A model generated the notes under the pieces. It was not told where the DNA came from, made no database searches, and worked only from the letters and a program-made list of their open reading frames with translations. From Eledone cirrhosa (Eukaryota), in NCBI GenBank assembly GCA_964016885.1, contig OZ024742.1, positions 235,910,001-235,974,000 on the forward strand: 64,000 nucleotides of DNA, given 5' to 3'. Of this stretch, positions 63,931-64,000 are shown in pieces. A program made the translations under genes and the position numbers. Each line of letters begins with the position of its first letter. Position 1 is the stretch's first letter.

Positions 63931-64000
63931 AATGTTCAGCAGCTGGGTCGTTAGTTATGGATCTGATCTACTTTGCTTGCGGGGAGTGAGTGGGTCCCAG

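Larger units (their letters stand above)
34605..64000. repeat. Tandem array of ~5,030-bp tRNA-Pro cluster units (~5.8 copies, open to the right)
   Basis: Identical ORFs recur at 38064, 43093, 48123, 53153, 58183 and 63214; tRNA positions recur every 5,030 bp. Confidence 0.97.

Overview
Eukaryotic, repeat-dominated genomic DNA. The SINE families and microsatellite load suggest a cephalopod such as Octopus, but this is inference. No intact host protein-coding gene can be supported. Bases 1-26,000 are microsatellites, tRNA-derived SINEs, MITEs, palindromes carrying hammerhead-ribozyme motifs, and decayed RTE and L1/Tx1 LINEs. From ~26,050 the window is a tRNA-Pro-only gene cluster. A diverged, rearranged zone (26-34.3 kb) carries SINE, Helitron and CRE-type retroelement insertions. 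A ~280-bp GAA/GGA tract then precedes a homogenised tandem array of ~5,030-bp units (~5.8 copies, running off the window). Each unit holds about ten tRNA-Pro-derived sequences and an RTE 3' fragment. These include intact UGG and AGG genes, a D-loop-deleted copy, a copy with compensatory substitutions, and older relics.
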